Assembly: GCA_047718535.1 (NCBI GenBank)
Contig: JBDNRH010000010.1
Coordinates: 2,851 to 66,850, forward strand
Direction: 5' to 3'
From: Sporolactobacillus sp.
Lineage (GTDB): Bacteria > Bacillota > Bacilli > Bacillales > Sporolactobacillaceae
DNA: 64,000 bases
Shown: positions 41,125 through 51,121 of the stretch, in pieces
How the letters are laid out: the number at the start of each line of letters is the position of its first letter
Position numbering within the stretch: the stretch's first letter is position 1
Notes under the pieces: generated by a model
Told to the model about the DNA's origin: nothing
Databases searched by the model: none
Seen by the model: the letters and a program-made list of their open reading frames with translations, nothing else
Position numbers and translations under genes: made by a program

Positions 41125-42345
41125 TCAGTGTCCTTCTTTCTCAATCATCGATGGGGCAATACGGAACGCGCAGAGCAGACTGATTGCCATTGCTGCTATA
41201 AATACAAGCCCGCTGCTCTCGACACGAATTCCAGAAAAAGAAGCAGCAACAGTCAGAATCACGCTTTCCCCACTGAGCAGATAAAATAGAAATTGAATAA
41301 ACGCTGTCTTTTTCTGTGCGCGCGCCACCGGATACATCCCCTCAAGCGCCTGGGGAAAGGGATGACGCCATAGTGGGAGAAGCTGCAGTCCTGTCAAATA
41401 AACAAAAGAAGCCGATATCAAAGCCGTCCACGGACCGAATGCCAGAAAATAAATCGTAACGATCCCAATAAGGGTCAGTCGAAGGCACAGACCGAAATAA
41501 TCATCGGCGCGGCAAAAGGTTTTAAAAAAAAGCTGCCGATAAACTTCTGCCTGATCAAAACGACGAACTGGAAACCAGCGGGTCAGCCACCTTCTTTCGC
41601 GCACATGACGGCGCAGCTGCGGCACATCAGTAAAGAGATTAGCGAACCGCAGAAAGTGCATTGCTTCTCGATTCTCCATCGACAGCAGACGCTCCCAATT
41701 AAGTAACCGTGTCGATGCCTGTCTTCTATAAAGTATAAAAGTTGCAATGACCATCACAGCAAAACACGCCAGCGGCATAACCCATGGCTGCGCGTTAAAC
41801 AAGGCTTCAAGCAGAAGAAAGGTCAGCGCGCAGCGCAGCAGAACGAACGGAAAGACATCTTCTATCCGCTGCTCAAGCCAGTGGACGTACACATTCCACA
41901 CCTTTACAATAAAGAGAACAAGAGTGATGAATCCGTACGGATAGCTGTTTGCGCCCGTGCCGTGAAAATACAGCGGAGCACCGATGACGAGACAGCCCGC
42001 AAGCAGCAGACTCTGAACAGCGAAGGAATATATACAGCTTCTTACAAAATAACCAGCCATCCGTCCCTCTGCCGCCAAAAGGAAAACCGTGTCAGCACGG
42101 TGCAAAAAGGTGCGGATCGGTGAGACGATGACAAGCGCGGTGAAACCCGCAGCAAGCAGCCAGCCGCTTGGAAACTGCGGCGGCAGACTGTCCAGCCATT
42201 GCTTATAATAGAACGCGCCGGCAAGCAGCATTGCGTAGACAAAAAACATCAGTCCGCTGTTTTTACTAATCAGATTCCAGTAGCGAAGCTGCATGCTGAA
42301 ATTGTCTCTGCAACGTCTGCGCCACAGATCATTCAATTCTTCCAT
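41125..42345 (-). CDS. ecsB: ABC transporter permease EcsB
   Basis: 406-aa polytopic protein overlapping the ecsA stop. hit-ecsA-ecsB arrangement as in B. subtilis. Confidence 0.8.
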   Translation of the reverse strand: MEELNDLWRRRCRDNFSMQLRYWNLISKNSGLMFFVYAMLLAGAFYYKQWLDSLPPQFPSGWLLAAGFTALVIVSPIRTFLHRADTVFLLAAEGRMAGYFVRSCIYSFAVQSLLLAGCLVIGAPLYFHGTGANSYPYGFITLVLFIVKVWNVYVHWLEQRIEDVFPFVLLRCALTFLLLEALFNAQPWVMPLACFAVMVIATFILYRRQASTRLLNWERLLSMENREAMHFLRFANLFTDVPQLRRHVRERRWLTRWFPVRRFDQAEVYRQLFFKTFCRADDYFGLCLRLTLIGIVTIYFLAFGPWTALISASFVYLTGLQLLPLWRHPFPQALEGMYPVARAQKKTAFIQFLFYLLSGESVILTVAASFSGIRVESSGLVFIAAMAISLLCAFRIAPSMIEKEGH

Positions 42346-43088
42346 CCGCTTTCACCTCGCGCAACGGACAGATAAATCTCTTGCAGCGATGCCTGTTCCC
42401 GCCCAAATTCCCTGCGTATTTCAGCTAAAGTGCCTTGCACGGCGATCTGACCTTGATGAAGAATGATAAAGCGGTCGCAGTATTGCTCCGCCGTTGACAG
42501 AATATGCGTTGACATAAGCAGCGCGGCCCCCCGCCTCTTCTCGGTAACCATCAAGTCAAGCAAGGACTGTATACCAAGCGGGTCAAGGCCAACAAAAGGC
42601 TCGTCGATAATATATAATTCTGGCTGGATCAGAAACGCACACATAATCATGACTTTCTGACGCATGCCTTTTGAAAAGTGTACCGGAAACCAATTTGTTT
42701 TCTTTTCCATATGAAAAATGGTGAGCAGCTGCTTGCTGCGCGTCTCATAAACGTGCCGATCTAATCGGTAGGCCATTGCAATGAGCTGCAAATGTTCCGC
42801 CAATGTCATCTGTTCATATAGTTCAGGCATCTCCGGTACATAGGCCATTTTCTGCCGGCACAGCTGACGATCCGCTTTCAGTGTATGCCCGGCGATTTGC
42901 ACCTCACCGGAGAACGGCTCAAGCAAGCCGAGAATATGCTTAATTGTTGTACTTTTTCCTGCGCCATTAAGGCCAACGAGACCAACGAGTTCCCCCGGCT
43001 GAAGAGCGAAGTTCAACTCGTGCAATACGGGACGCTGCCGAGAATAGCCGCCACTCAGCTGACGGACAGATAAAATAGGTTTGGTCAT
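42333..43088 (-). CDS. ecsA: ABC transporter ATP-binding protein EcsA
   Basis: Walker A GLNGAGKST, signature FSKGMRQK, Walker B YIIDEP. Start at MTKPILSV (ATG 43088). Confidence 0.9.
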   Translation of the reverse strand: MTKPILSVRQLSGGYSRQRPVLHELNFALQPGELVGLVGLNGAGKSTTIKHILGLLEPFSGEVQIAGHTLKADRQLCRQKMAYVPEMPELYEQMTLAEHLQLIAMAYRLDRHVYETRSKQLLTIFHMEKKTNWFPVHFSKGMRQKVMIMCAFLIQPELYIIDEPFVGLDPLGIQSLLDLMVTEKRRGAALLMSTHILSTAEQYCDRFIILHQGQIAVQGTLAEIRREFGREQASLQEIYLSVARGESGWKN

Positions 43089-43312
43089 TTTATAAATTGC
43101 CCTCTTTTCTCCGATCAATTGCCCGTTCATGTCTTAATACATAACCGTTTTGAAGGTTCCCGCTTTCCTTTAATTTTCAATTCTATATCTATTGTACTGA
43201 AATTCAGAGGCATGGGGCAAGCGTTTTACCATTATGTGACACGCTATCCCTCCGTTTCAAATATGTGTTAAACTAAAGAAAATTTGCAACTGATACCGAA
43301 GGAGTGTTTGCG

Positions 43313-43747
43313 ATGGCTGAAACCGATGACTGCATTTTTTGTAAAATTATAAAAGGTGAAATCCCTTGTGCCAAAGTATATGAAGATGAAAATATACTTG
43401 CTTTCCTTGATTTAGGACAAGTGACGAAAGGCCATACACTCGTGATTCCGAAACAGCATAGGCGAGATATTTTTGAACTGGATGCAGATACTGCCGCCAA
43501 ACTCTATCAGCGTGTTCCGATGATCGCCAAGGCTTTGCAGGCGACATTTAACCCAATTGGACTGAATATACTGAATAATAATGGTGTGCCAGCGGGCCAG
43601 ACCATTCTCCACTACCATATCCATCTCATTCCGCGCTATGGAGCTGAGGATACCTTTAATTTTACGTTCACTGGCCATATGGACGACTATTCGAATGCCG
43701 ATCGCGTCTCAATGGCAGATGCGATTGCCAGCCATATGAGTGACTAA
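43313..43747 (+). CDS. hit: HIT-family nucleotide hydrolase
   Basis: CIFCKII zinc motif and histidine triad HYHIHLIP. ATG 43313 follows GAAGGAG. Divergent from ecsA. Confidence 0.9.
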   Translation: MAETDDCIFCKIIKGEIPCAKVYEDENILAFLDLGQVTKGHTLVIPKQHRRDIFELDADTAAKLYQRVPMIAKALQATFNPIGLNILNNNGVPAGQTILHYHIHLIPRYGAEDTFNFTFTGHMDDYSNADRVSMADAIASHMSD

Positions 43748-43787
43748 TTCTATGTAAAGATTAGGCTGAAAGAGTGAGAAAATTTAG

Positions 43788-43816
43788 TTGCTTTTTTCAT
43801 GTTCAGCGTGTATAGT
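43788..43816 (+). promoter_or_regulatory. SigA-type promoter of trpP
   Basis: TTGCTT - 17 nt - TATAGT. Confidence 0.5.
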
Positions 43817-43895
43817 AACGGTACACCTTGCGACAGGCCAGAAGGGCACCGTCGGAGGAAAAAGAGCTTAGACAGAATGAGGAGAGAGTCGTGTT

Positions 43896-44441
43896 ATGAA
43901 ATTGAAGAATTTGATTATTGTTGCATTGTTCCTTGCCATTGGTACTGTATTACATGCCGTTTTCCCAGGAATTATCCTTAATATGAAATCCGATTTGTCG
44001 CTTGTTATGCTGTTCTTGGCACTTGTTTTCTTTGCCGATAAACGGAATTTTATTGTAATTGGTCTTGTGGCTGGTATTTTAGCCGGACTGACGACTTCAT
44101 TGCCGGGTGGATTTTTCCCAAATATTATCGACAAGACCATTACCGCTTCTATTGTTTTTCTTGCCTTTGCACTTGTGTCGCGTTTCGCATCGAGCAATGG
44201 AAAATATGTGTTCAGTGTTGTCATTTCCGGATTGGGCACCATTCTAAGCGGCACAATCTTTCTTTCAGCCGCTATTCTGATTGCGCATTTGCCGGCAGCA
44301 ATGTTTGGTGTGATGTTCGTCAGCATGGTATTGCCGACAGCAGCGGTTAATTTGATTCTATTTGCTGCGCTGTATCCGTTAATCGCCAAGGTAGGGGCAC
44401 GCGCCGGTTTCATTCCTGCCGCTTTCTCTCCAAGCCGATAA
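43896..44441 (+). CDS. trpP: Tryptophan transport protein TrpP (YhaG)
   Basis: Strong resemblance to B. subtilis TrpP as recalled (ALF.AIG.VLH...PG...MK.D..L.M.FL..., GTILSGT.FL). Synteny with hit/ecsA. Confidence 0.85.
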   Translation: MKLKNLIIVALFLAIGTVLHAVFPGIILNMKSDLSLVMLFLALVFFADKRNFIVIGLVAGILAGLTTSLPGGFFPNIIDKTITASIVFLAFALVSRFASSNGKYVFSVVISGLGTILSGTIFLSAAILIAHLPAAMFGVMFVSMVLPTAAVNLILFAALYPLIAKVGARAGFIPAAFSPSR

Positions 44442-44465
44442 CCGCTTAATAGATATTTAGTGATA

Positions 44466-44499
44466 AAAGCCTCTTGAGATTTCTCAAGAGGCTTTTTCT
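44466..44499 (+). terminator. Terminator after trpP
   Basis: AAAGCCTCTTGAG-ATT-CTCAAGAGGCTTT followed by TTC. Confidence 0.75.
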
Positions 44500-44600
44500 G
44501 TCAGTCCTCGCATCAGCTGCTGTATCAGATGATTATTCTCCGCAGCTAGGGTATACTATAAAAGAAGAATGTGCAAATTTCGAAACTGAGGTGAAGCAGC

Positions 44601-45005
44601 ATGGGTAAATTTCTTTCCTATACGTTAGGTGCGATTATCGGTGGGGTGATCGGCGGAGCGACAGTGCTCCTGACTACACCAAAAAAAGGCGAAGACTTCC
44701 GCAACGATTTGAAGGAAAAAGCGACAACCATCCAGCAGCCGCTGAAGGAAGCGGCGAATAATTTGACTGCTGTAAAAGACCGGGTTATTGCCTTAAAAGA
44801 AGACAGTATGCCCGTGCTGAAATCAACCGTATCGGATATCGGCAATCTGCTTAAAGACTGGAAAGAAGATATTCAGCCCTATTTAACGCGGATCAAAAAT
44901 AACGTCGTCCAGCTTGAAGCGGCGAAAGAAAAATTGAGCAATAAAATGACCGAGCAGCCTCCCGAAAAGAAACCCGGCGAAGAACAGACTCCTCCGTCAC
45001 TGTGA
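44601..45005 (+). CDS. YtxH-domain general stress-type protein (YhaH-like)
   Basis: N-terminal TM GAIIGGVIGGATVLLTTPKKGEDFRNDLKEK, then a coiled-coil-like tail. Position after trpP matches B. subtilis yhaH. Confidence 0.75.
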   Translation: MGKFLSYTLGAIIGGVIGGATVLLTTPKKGEDFRNDLKEKATTIQQPLKEAANNLTAVKDRVIALKEDSMPVLKSTVSDIGNLLKDWKEDIQPYLTRIKNNVVQLEAAKEKLSNKMTEQPPEKKPGEEQTPPSL

Positions 45006-45030
45006 ACGAGCGGCTGAGCAATGTGAATAA

Positions 45031-45078
45031 TAAAAGGGAACCGGTTATACTCTCATCGTATAGCCGGTTCCCTTTTAT
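45031..45078. terminator. Bidirectional terminator between the yhaH-like gene and the aminopeptidase gene
   Basis: AAAGGGAACCGGTTATA ... TATAGCCGGTTCCCTTT. Confidence 0.75.
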
Positions 45079-45097
45079 TAACTAGCCCTTTGCTATA

Positions 45098-46330
45098 TCA
45101 GAAAGCCCATAAACCGTTTCGAAAAACAGGCTCCCATTGGCCGTCACTTCTCTGTCCGTCAATTGCTAAATCTCCCGATCCTATCATGAAATCCACATGG
45201 ACGAGACTCTCATTCGCTCCGTGGGCAGCCAATTGATCGACCGTCATCTCCGCCCCGCCGTCTAAGCAAGTTGGATACGCCTTACCAATCGCCAAATGAC
45301 AGGATGCGTTTTCATCAAACAACGTCGTATAGAAGATCTTTCCAGACGATGAAATCGGTGAATCATTGGCCACGAGCGCGACTTCGCCAAGATAATGGGC
45401 ACCTTCATCTGTCTCAATAATCTGTCGAAGCACCTGTTCACCCGTTTTCGCGTAAGCCTCTGTGATCCGGCCTTCGGTAAACGTCAGTCGAATCCCCTCA
45501 ATGAGCGTTCCCGCGTAAACAAGCGGCCGTGTGCTTGTCACAACACCGCTGACACCCGTCTTCAGCGGCAGCGTATACACTTCCTCAGTCGGAATATTGG
45601 CGACAAATGACACGCCCCCTGTCGTTTGTGACATTCCGCCGTCCCAATGTGCAGCCGCGTCAAGACGGATTTCAAGATCAGTGCCAGGTCCCATATAATG
45701 CAGTCTGCGGTATTTTCTGCTATTCAGCAGCGACTTCTTCTCTTCCAAAGTCATCAGATGGCGCTGCCAAGCAGCAATCGGATCGGACTGATCGATTCGT
45801 GTCAAGGAAAAAATAAGTGACCACAGATCACGAATTGCCAATTCACTAATTTTACCCGGGTAAATCTTCTTTGCCCAAGCCGCATTCGGATAGCTGAGCA
45901 ATGTCCAGCTGACCTTGTCCGACATGCGGATATCATAATAGGTATGCAGTGCCCGCCAGTATGCCTGCTGATCAAGCGCAGACTTCCGTGGGTCGATGCC
46001 GTCGGTTACACCTAGACCTGTCGTCCGGATGTCAATGCATGCCGCACCGCCGCGCACCAATCCTTCTAAATAATCTGCTTTCCACTGCGGATAAACACTC
46101 AGTTCCTGTGCCGACGCATAACGCAGCCGCAGATGATCAAGCGCATCATCCCGCCAATTATAATAGACCTGCCGCGCTCCCGCCTGATACGCTTTATCGG
46201 TTACATAACGAACGAGCGGTCCGGCATCAATCGGCGCTTTAACAAGAACATTTTGCCCCTCTTGCACATTAACACCGACAGATACGGCTAACTCTGCATA
46301 TTTTTCAAGATTCTGCGCAAATGTCCGCAT
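45098..46330 (-). CDS. ampS: M29-family aminopeptidase (AmpS/PepS-like)
   Basis: Thermophilic metalloprotease (M29)-like sequence (...NIPTEEV.T.P......G.V..T.P.......I....L.F..G.I...). ATG 46330 follows GGAGGG. Confidence 0.85.
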   Translation of the reverse strand: MRTFAQNLEKYAELAVSVGVNVQEGQNVLVKAPIDAGPLVRYVTDKAYQAGARQVYYNWRDDALDHLRLRYASAQELSVYPQWKADYLEGLVRGGAACIDIRTTGLGVTDGIDPRKSALDQQAYWRALHTYYDIRMSDKVSWTLLSYPNAAWAKKIYPGKISELAIRDLWSLIFSLTRIDQSDPIAAWQRHLMTLEEKKSLLNSRKYRRLHYMGPGTDLEIRLDAAAHWDGGMSQTTGGVSFVANIPTEEVYTLPLKTGVSGVVTSTRPLVYAGTLIEGIRLTFTEGRITEAYAKTGEQVLRQIIETDEGAHYLGEVALVANDSPISSSGKIFYTTLFDENASCHLAIGKAYPTCLDGGAEMTVDQLAAHGANESLVHVDFMIGSGDLAIDGQRSDGQWEPVFRNGLWAF

Positions 46331-46370
46331 AGCCAATCCCTCCAATTTGTTCAAACGATTTTAGAATAGA

Positions 46371-46985
46371 CTATTTATTTTTCTGATGAACGGAAAACGA
46401 TACAATATTCTTCGGCAGATTAATCACTTCCGCTCGTAAATAGAGACCCTTTTGCACCTGAACCCGTGTCAGATTTAGATAAACCTGCTTCTTCGCCGGC
46501 TGAATAGCCACCCATTTCGGAAATTTCGTTCCGCTTTTCAGAAAGGCAAGAACTTCCTCATCTGGCAGCTTCACATCACCTAATCTTACACTTGTTTCTC
46601 GCAAGACCACATCTCCGTTGCTTACGATCGGCTTGAAAGCGAGCGAAAAAGGTATCCCTGTAAATAATAATTTATAGCTCCCTTTCAGCACAACCTGATC
46701 ACCAATCTCGACGTGGTAACTCAGGCGTTTATCACCGCTGTCCGTTATTTGCTGATTGATTAGGCTCTGCAGCTGCGTCTTATTGGCCTGCACACTGAAA
46801 ATCGCCCGATTCGTCTGCTGATCACTATAGCTCTCAGGGGTTGCCTGTTCGCCAGAGAAACCCGCAGACAGATAATATAGAGCGAGACCGATTAAAGCGA
46901 TCACTAAAAATAAAAGCGTAAAAAAGGCTGCCCGCCACACAGCTGGTCGCTGCCCTTTGCGAATCGTTCGTCTCGTTTCATTCAT
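46371..46985 (-). CDS. YpmS-family (DUF2140) membrane-anchored protein
   Basis: N-terminal TM plus the pattern Y.VEI.D.V...G......I.F...F.P.V..NGDV.L resembling B. subtilis YpmS. ATG 46985 follows GGTGAGG. Confidence 0.7.
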   Translation of the reverse strand: MNETRRTIRKGQRPAVWRAAFFTLLFLVIALIGLALYYLSAGFSGEQATPESYSDQQTNRAIFSVQANKTQLQSLINQQITDSGDKRLSYHVEIGDQVVLKGSYKLLFTGIPFSLAFKPIVSNGDVVLRETSVRLGDVKLPDEEVLAFLKSGTKFPKWVAIQPAKKQVYLNLTRVQVQKGLYLRAEVINLPKNIVSFSVHQKNK

Positions 46986-47404
46986 CTTCTTCGCCTCACC
47001 TTCACTGCCTTTAAGCAAATTTTAATTTTTGTCCGTCACACTCAATACATTGGGCTGCGTTCACTCGTATATTTTCGGCTGGTTAATTGAGAAGGGAGGC
47101 CTATTCATCAAATGACAGAGAGTTCCCTAGCAATTCATTTATTATAGCTCATTTCTTCCGTGTGTGGCGAAATGATGAGTCGTTCTATTTGCGTCTCGCA
47201 GGAAAGACAACTGAACAATAATCAGAAATAATTAACCAATTATCTTGTATTTTCTCGCATTTGTCTTGGCTTTCGGTTAAAATAAACTGTGATGGTCGTC
47301 TCAGCAGATCGGTCATCTTCGGATTCCGGACAAGCCGACGGATAACTTTATGTTCCTACGAAGGTTTATCGCTATTAGGAACAACTACAATAGGAGTGGA
47401 CAGA

Positions 47405-48280
47405 GTGAAGAAATTAATCATCATACTTGCCGCAGTTGTGGGTCTTTCTAGCCTTGCAGGCTGTGGCAACAGCAGTGACAACGCCGCTGTAGTCGAAACA
47501 AAAAGCGGCAATATTACAAAACAGGCGTTTTATGACGCGCTGAAAAAGCAGAGCGGCGAAACAGTGCTCCAGCATCTTGTGTATGAGAAGCTGCTCTCGA
47601 AAAGTTACCCTGTTTCTTCGAAAGCAGTCAATGCTAAATATGATCAAGTACGCAAAACTTTTTCATCCGAAGCACAGTTTGAACAGGCACTTGCTTCCAA
47701 CAGCCTTACAAAAAGTTCATTCAGACAGCAAATCAAAGATTCGCTGATGATGACCAAAGCGCAGCAAGCCGGTGTGAAAGTCACAGACAAGGCGCTGCAT
47801 GATTATTACAACCAAAATAAAATTCAGCTGACAGAATTGAAAGCCAGTCATATCCTTGTGAAAAGTAAGAAGACTGCGGATATGATCGAAAAGAAACTGA
47901 AAAGCGGTGCCGATTTCGCTTCACTTGCTAAGAAATATTCGATCGATACAGGTTCTCAGGCAAAAGGCGGTGAACTCGGCTGGTTTAAACAATCGACAAT
48001 GGTCGCTGCTTTCAGCAACGCAGCGATGAAACTGAAGGTTGGTCAGATCAGTGCACCGGTTTATGCCAGCAGTGACGGCGGCTACCATATCATCAAACTC
48101 GAAGGCAAACGTGATGATTATAATAGCTTGAAGAGTTCAGTGAAAGAAGCGTACCTCGCGAGCAAAGAAAAATCACAAACTGTTGTGATGAACAATTTGA
48201 TTAAAAAGGCTGATATTAACGTCAAGGATAAAGAGTTCAAAGATCTTTTCAGCAGCACAAACGTGCAGACACAGCAATAA
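47405..48280 (+). CDS. prsA: Foldase lipoprotein PrsA (parvulin PPIase)
   Basis: GTG 47405 after AGGAGTGG gives VKKLIIILAAVVGLSSLAGC lipobox. Parvulin core ASHILV...GGELGWF. Confidence 0.9.
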   Translation: MKKLIIILAAVVGLSSLAGCGNSSDNAAVVETKSGNITKQAFYDALKKQSGETVLQHLVYEKLLSKSYPVSSKAVNAKYDQVRKTFSSEAQFEQALASNSLTKSSFRQQIKDSLMMTKAQQAGVKVTDKALHDYYNQNKIQLTELKASHILVKSKKTADMIEKKLKSGADFASLAKKYSIDTGSQAKGGELGWFKQSTMVAAFSNAAMKLKVGQISAPVYASSDGGYHIIKLEGKRDDYNSLKSSVKEAYLASKEKSQTVVMNNLIKKADINVKDKEFKDLFSSTNVQTQQ

Positions 48281-48298
48281 GCAAACCAATTAACGTAG

Positions 48299-48348
48299 AA
48301 AAAGGATGGAGCAGTCATCTTTATAGATGGCCGCTCCATCCTTTTTCT
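48299..48348. terminator. Bidirectional terminator between prsA and yhaL
   Basis: AAAGGATGGAGC ... GCTCCATCCTTT. Confidence 0.75.
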
Positions 48349-48366
48349 ATCGCCTTGCTGTCTGTA

Positions 48367-48657
48367 TTACATAACCTTCGTCTGCTTCGTCTCCCGGCGC
48401 CGTTTCTTCTCATCTTCCATCCGCTTCATATAGACATCGCCTTGCTGCTCATTCAAGCCCTCATCAATTGCTTTTTCTTCTTTTGTCAGTGAATAGGCTT
48501 GGTAACCACTGAATAGAATTCCGGCGATAACTAAATAAACCCACCAAGCAATGCCACCCATCCGACTGATTAATGATCCGAGCACACCGAATTGCTGAGC
48601 AAGGAATAGCACAAAAAGCAATCCGATCGCAAAAAGTGATCGCCTGACCTGCTTCAT
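48367..48657 (-). CDS. yhaL: Sporulation protein YhaL-like
   Basis: WWVY....GI.FSGY.A......EEKAID......G..YM.RME.E..RR matches B. subtilis YhaL as recalled. The N-terminal extent is uncertain. Confidence 0.7.
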   Translation of the reverse strand: MKQVRRSLFAIGLLFVLFLAQQFGVLGSLISRMGGIAWWVYLVIAGILFSGYQAYSLTKEEKAIDEGLNEQQGDVYMKRMEDEKKRRRETKQTKVM

Positions 48658-48769
48658 CGCGTCGTCTCCCCAATTGAATTAGTATGTTAGCGTTAATTCA
48701 ATATATGCGGGGCAATGGACAACTATTCACTGTATACACGCATAGAGACGCTGTTTGGCGGCAAGATGA

Positions 48770-49732
48770 TCATCTGTCATCGCTGCCTGCGGATTCGAAA
48801 GCCGGTCGATAAAGACTGCGATTATTCATCGCAAACAGACGCTCAGAAAATTCTCCCGGCCGCGTTTTACGCAGCGCACGCGTCATAATTGCCATCTTCG
48901 CGTCTAAATCATCCAGTATATGAAGGATTTCTGCTTCTTTGAACAGAGGTGCCTTAGGGCTTCCCCATTCAGGATTTTCATGATGACTGAGAACCATATG
49001 CTGCAAGAGCAGCACTTCCTCCTTATCTTCAAGCTGCAGCTCACGTGCCGCCTGGCCAATTTCATCGACCATGATTGAAATATGGCCAAGCATATTCCCT
49101 GAAAGGGTATACGTGGTTGCCGTTACACCGGATAACTCCTTGAGCTTGCCCATATCGTGAAGAATAATGCCGGCATAAAGCAAATCCCGGTTTACCTCAG
49201 GATAAAGAGTAACGACCGACTTCGCCATTTCCAGCATGCAGCAGACATGATAAGCCAGCCCAGACAGAAAATTATGATGAATGCTCATCGCAGCCGGAAA
49301 TTCAAAAAAAGCCTGTTGATTCTTTTTCAATAATGAATGCGTCAGCCGCTGAATGACAGGATTTTCAATTTCGAAAAGATATTGAGTGATTTTCTCTTTC
49401 AACTCATCTTCGGACAGCGGCGCCGACATAACCAAATTGGATTTGACAACTTGATCCTGCGTATTTGAGAGTCGGACCGAACGGATTTTTAATTGATTTC
49501 GACCGCGAAAGGTTGTGATATCCCCTTCCACAAAGACGACGGCACCAACGACGTAATTTTTCTCATCATCGGCTGTACTGCCCCAGAGTTTGGCTTCAAT
49601 ATCTCCTGTTTTATCCTGAAGCATGAGTGTCAGAAAAGGTTTGCCATTGCTTGCCGTTCCTCTAGTCACGTCCTTAATCAAAAGGAACTCCTGGATGTGC
49701 TCGCCTTCCTTGCTGAATGCTATGCCGTTCAT
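48770..49732 (-). CDS. yhaM: 3'-5' exoribonuclease YhaM (OB-fold plus HD domain)
   Basis: OB-fold N-terminus and HD domain (HHNFLSGLAYH...ILHDMGK). Synteny with prsA/yhaL. Confidence 0.9.
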   Translation of the reverse strand: MNGIAFSKEGEHIQEFLLIKDVTRGTASNGKPFLTLMLQDKTGDIEAKLWGSTADDEKNYVVGAVVFVEGDITTFRGRNQLKIRSVRLSNTQDQVVKSNLVMSAPLSEDELKEKITQYLFEIENPVIQRLTHSLLKKNQQAFFEFPAAMSIHHNFLSGLAYHVCCMLEMAKSVVTLYPEVNRDLLYAGIILHDMGKLKELSGVTATTYTLSGNMLGHISIMVDEIGQAARELQLEDKEEVLLLQHMVLSHHENPEWGSPKAPLFKEAEILHILDDLDAKMAIMTRALRKTRPGEFSERLFAMNNRSLYRPAFESAGSDDR

Positions 49733-49735
49733 TTT

Positions 49736-51121
49736 TCATCCTTCCTTTCCTATCGCAGCGCTGCGGCGTGGGGGTTCCTGTTTTCTGGGAATCTCAATCA
49801 CAAAGGCAACACCATCACCAAGATTCTTGATCGTAATTCGGCCCTTATGCGCTTGAATAATCTGTTTCACAATCGCTAATCCGAGTCCAAATTGACCTTT
49901 TTCACCCTTCTTAAAAGGCTCAAACAATGTCAATTTTTCAGCGTCCGGTATTAACTGACCGTCGTTTCGAACCATAAGCTCCGTCATCTGCTCATGCTGT
50001 ACAGCAGAAAGCCAAAGATTTTGCTCCGCATAACGCAGCCCATTCTCCACTAAGTTCTCCAAAACGATTTGCAATTGTTCCTTATCTGCCCAAAGCAGGA
50101 CACTCTCGCCAGCCACATGAATCCCTATATCCGGGCGCTGTGTGATAAATCGCTGGCGAATCCGATCAGCTAGTTCACCGAACGTATACTCACTATACTT
50201 CATCTGCTGTTTGCGCAGCGAGTCAAAGCGCGTGAAATAAATCAGTTTGCGCACACGCTTCTCCATCTGTTCGGATTCGCGAATAATCACGTCCATCGAC
50301 TCATTGACCGTACCGCGCGGAAAAATACCATCCTTCACCGATTGCGCATAGCTCTGAACGACCATAATCGGTGTCTTCAATTCATGCGAGGCCTGCTGCA
50401 GGAAAACTTTCTGCGCGTGATCATAGTTGATCAAATTCAGGCGCATCCGTTCAAACTGCGCAGACAGCCGTTCGAATTCCTCATCGCCTTTCCACTCAAA
50501 CGGTTTCTCCCAATTCATTCGTGAAATTTCCTCAAAACGACGGCCAAGAATATCAAGCGGCCGTTTCAAATAGCGCGCCAACCAAAAAGCAAAGAACAGG
50601 CTGAGAATCCCGACCATCACGAAAATGAAAATCATACGACCCCAAAGCATACGCATCAGCGTATTAGGATACGTATCCCACATATAAGAGATATAGTAGC
50701 CATTTCCAGAATTATCATTGATCTGTTTGATCACATAATAAAGGGTTGCGCCTTTGTACTGCAGGGTATAATAACCTGTCTCACTGCGCTGATGCTTGGC
50801 CTTCTGCAGCATTTGCCGAAAAATAGAAGAAGCCACTGGGTTGCCATAGACGAGATCATTACTTTGGTCGATTTGTAAATTACCAACCACCTTCTCATTA
50901 CGCTGACGAATATCCCCATTTTTGGAATCGCCAAAGCTGTAATCACCAGGAAATTGGTAGACATTTCGCTGCACGGACTCTATCGTCGCAAAGGCATCCT
51001 GGCTCAGCGCGCTTTTAATTAGAAACGGATAGACAACCGCGATAATTAATCCAATGAGGAAAAGCAGCAAAGCAAACGACAGCCAAATGCGTTTGGTCAG
51101 CGTCCATTTGAACCGGATCAT
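49736..51121 (-). CDS. Sensor histidine kinase (two TMS, extracytoplasmic loop, HAMP, HisKA, HATPase_c)
   Basis: H-box FLQQASHELKTPI and G-boxes (NGLRY, GLGLAIVKQI). The stop lies 3 nt from the yhaM ATG. Confidence 0.85.
   Translation of the reverse strand: MIRFKWTLTKRIWLSFALLLFLIGLIIAVVYPFLIKSALSQDAFATIESVQRNVYQFPGDYSFGDSKNGDIRQRNEKVVGNLQIDQSNDLVYGNPVASSIFRQMLQKAKHQRSETGYYTLQYKGATLYYVIKQINDNSGNGYYISYMWDTYPNTLMRMLWGRMIFIFVMVGILSLFFAFWLARYLKRPLDILGRRFEEISRMNWEKPFEWKGDEEFERLSAQFERMRLNLINYDHAQKVFLQQASHELKTPIMVVQSYAQSVKDGIFPRGTVNESMDVIIRESEQMEKRVRKLIYFTRFDSLRKQQMKYSEYTFGELADRIRQRFITQRPDIGIHVAGESVLLWADKEQLQIVLENLVENGLRYAEQNLWLSAVQHEQMTELMVRNDGQLIPDAEKLTLFEPFKKGEKGQFGLGLAIVKQIIQAHKGRITIKNLGDGVAFVIEIPRKQEPPRRSAAIGKEG

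Noticed and set aside
43853-43898. GAG/TAG triplets around the trpP RBS as a possible TRAP binding site (as in B. subtilis trpP)
   Set aside because: Only about 5-6 triplets are present, with irregular spacers of 0, 1, 2, 3 and 6 nt. That is far from the 9-11 regularly spaced repeats TRAP needs, and purine-rich RBS context explains them.
43868-44413. 181-aa ORF on the minus strand, exactly mirroring trpP
   Set aside because: It is a shadow ORF. The plus-strand frame has strong similarity to TrpP plus a promoter and terminator, whereas the antisense translation is low-complexity with no RBS.
47019-47404. Long (385-bp) spacer upstream of prsA as a possible leader RNA or small gene
   Set aside because: It is a divergent promoter region shared with the ypmS-like gene. 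Only an 11-codon ORF with poor RBS spacing and one short hairpin (GTTCCTA...TAGGAAC) are visible, which is not distinctive enough.
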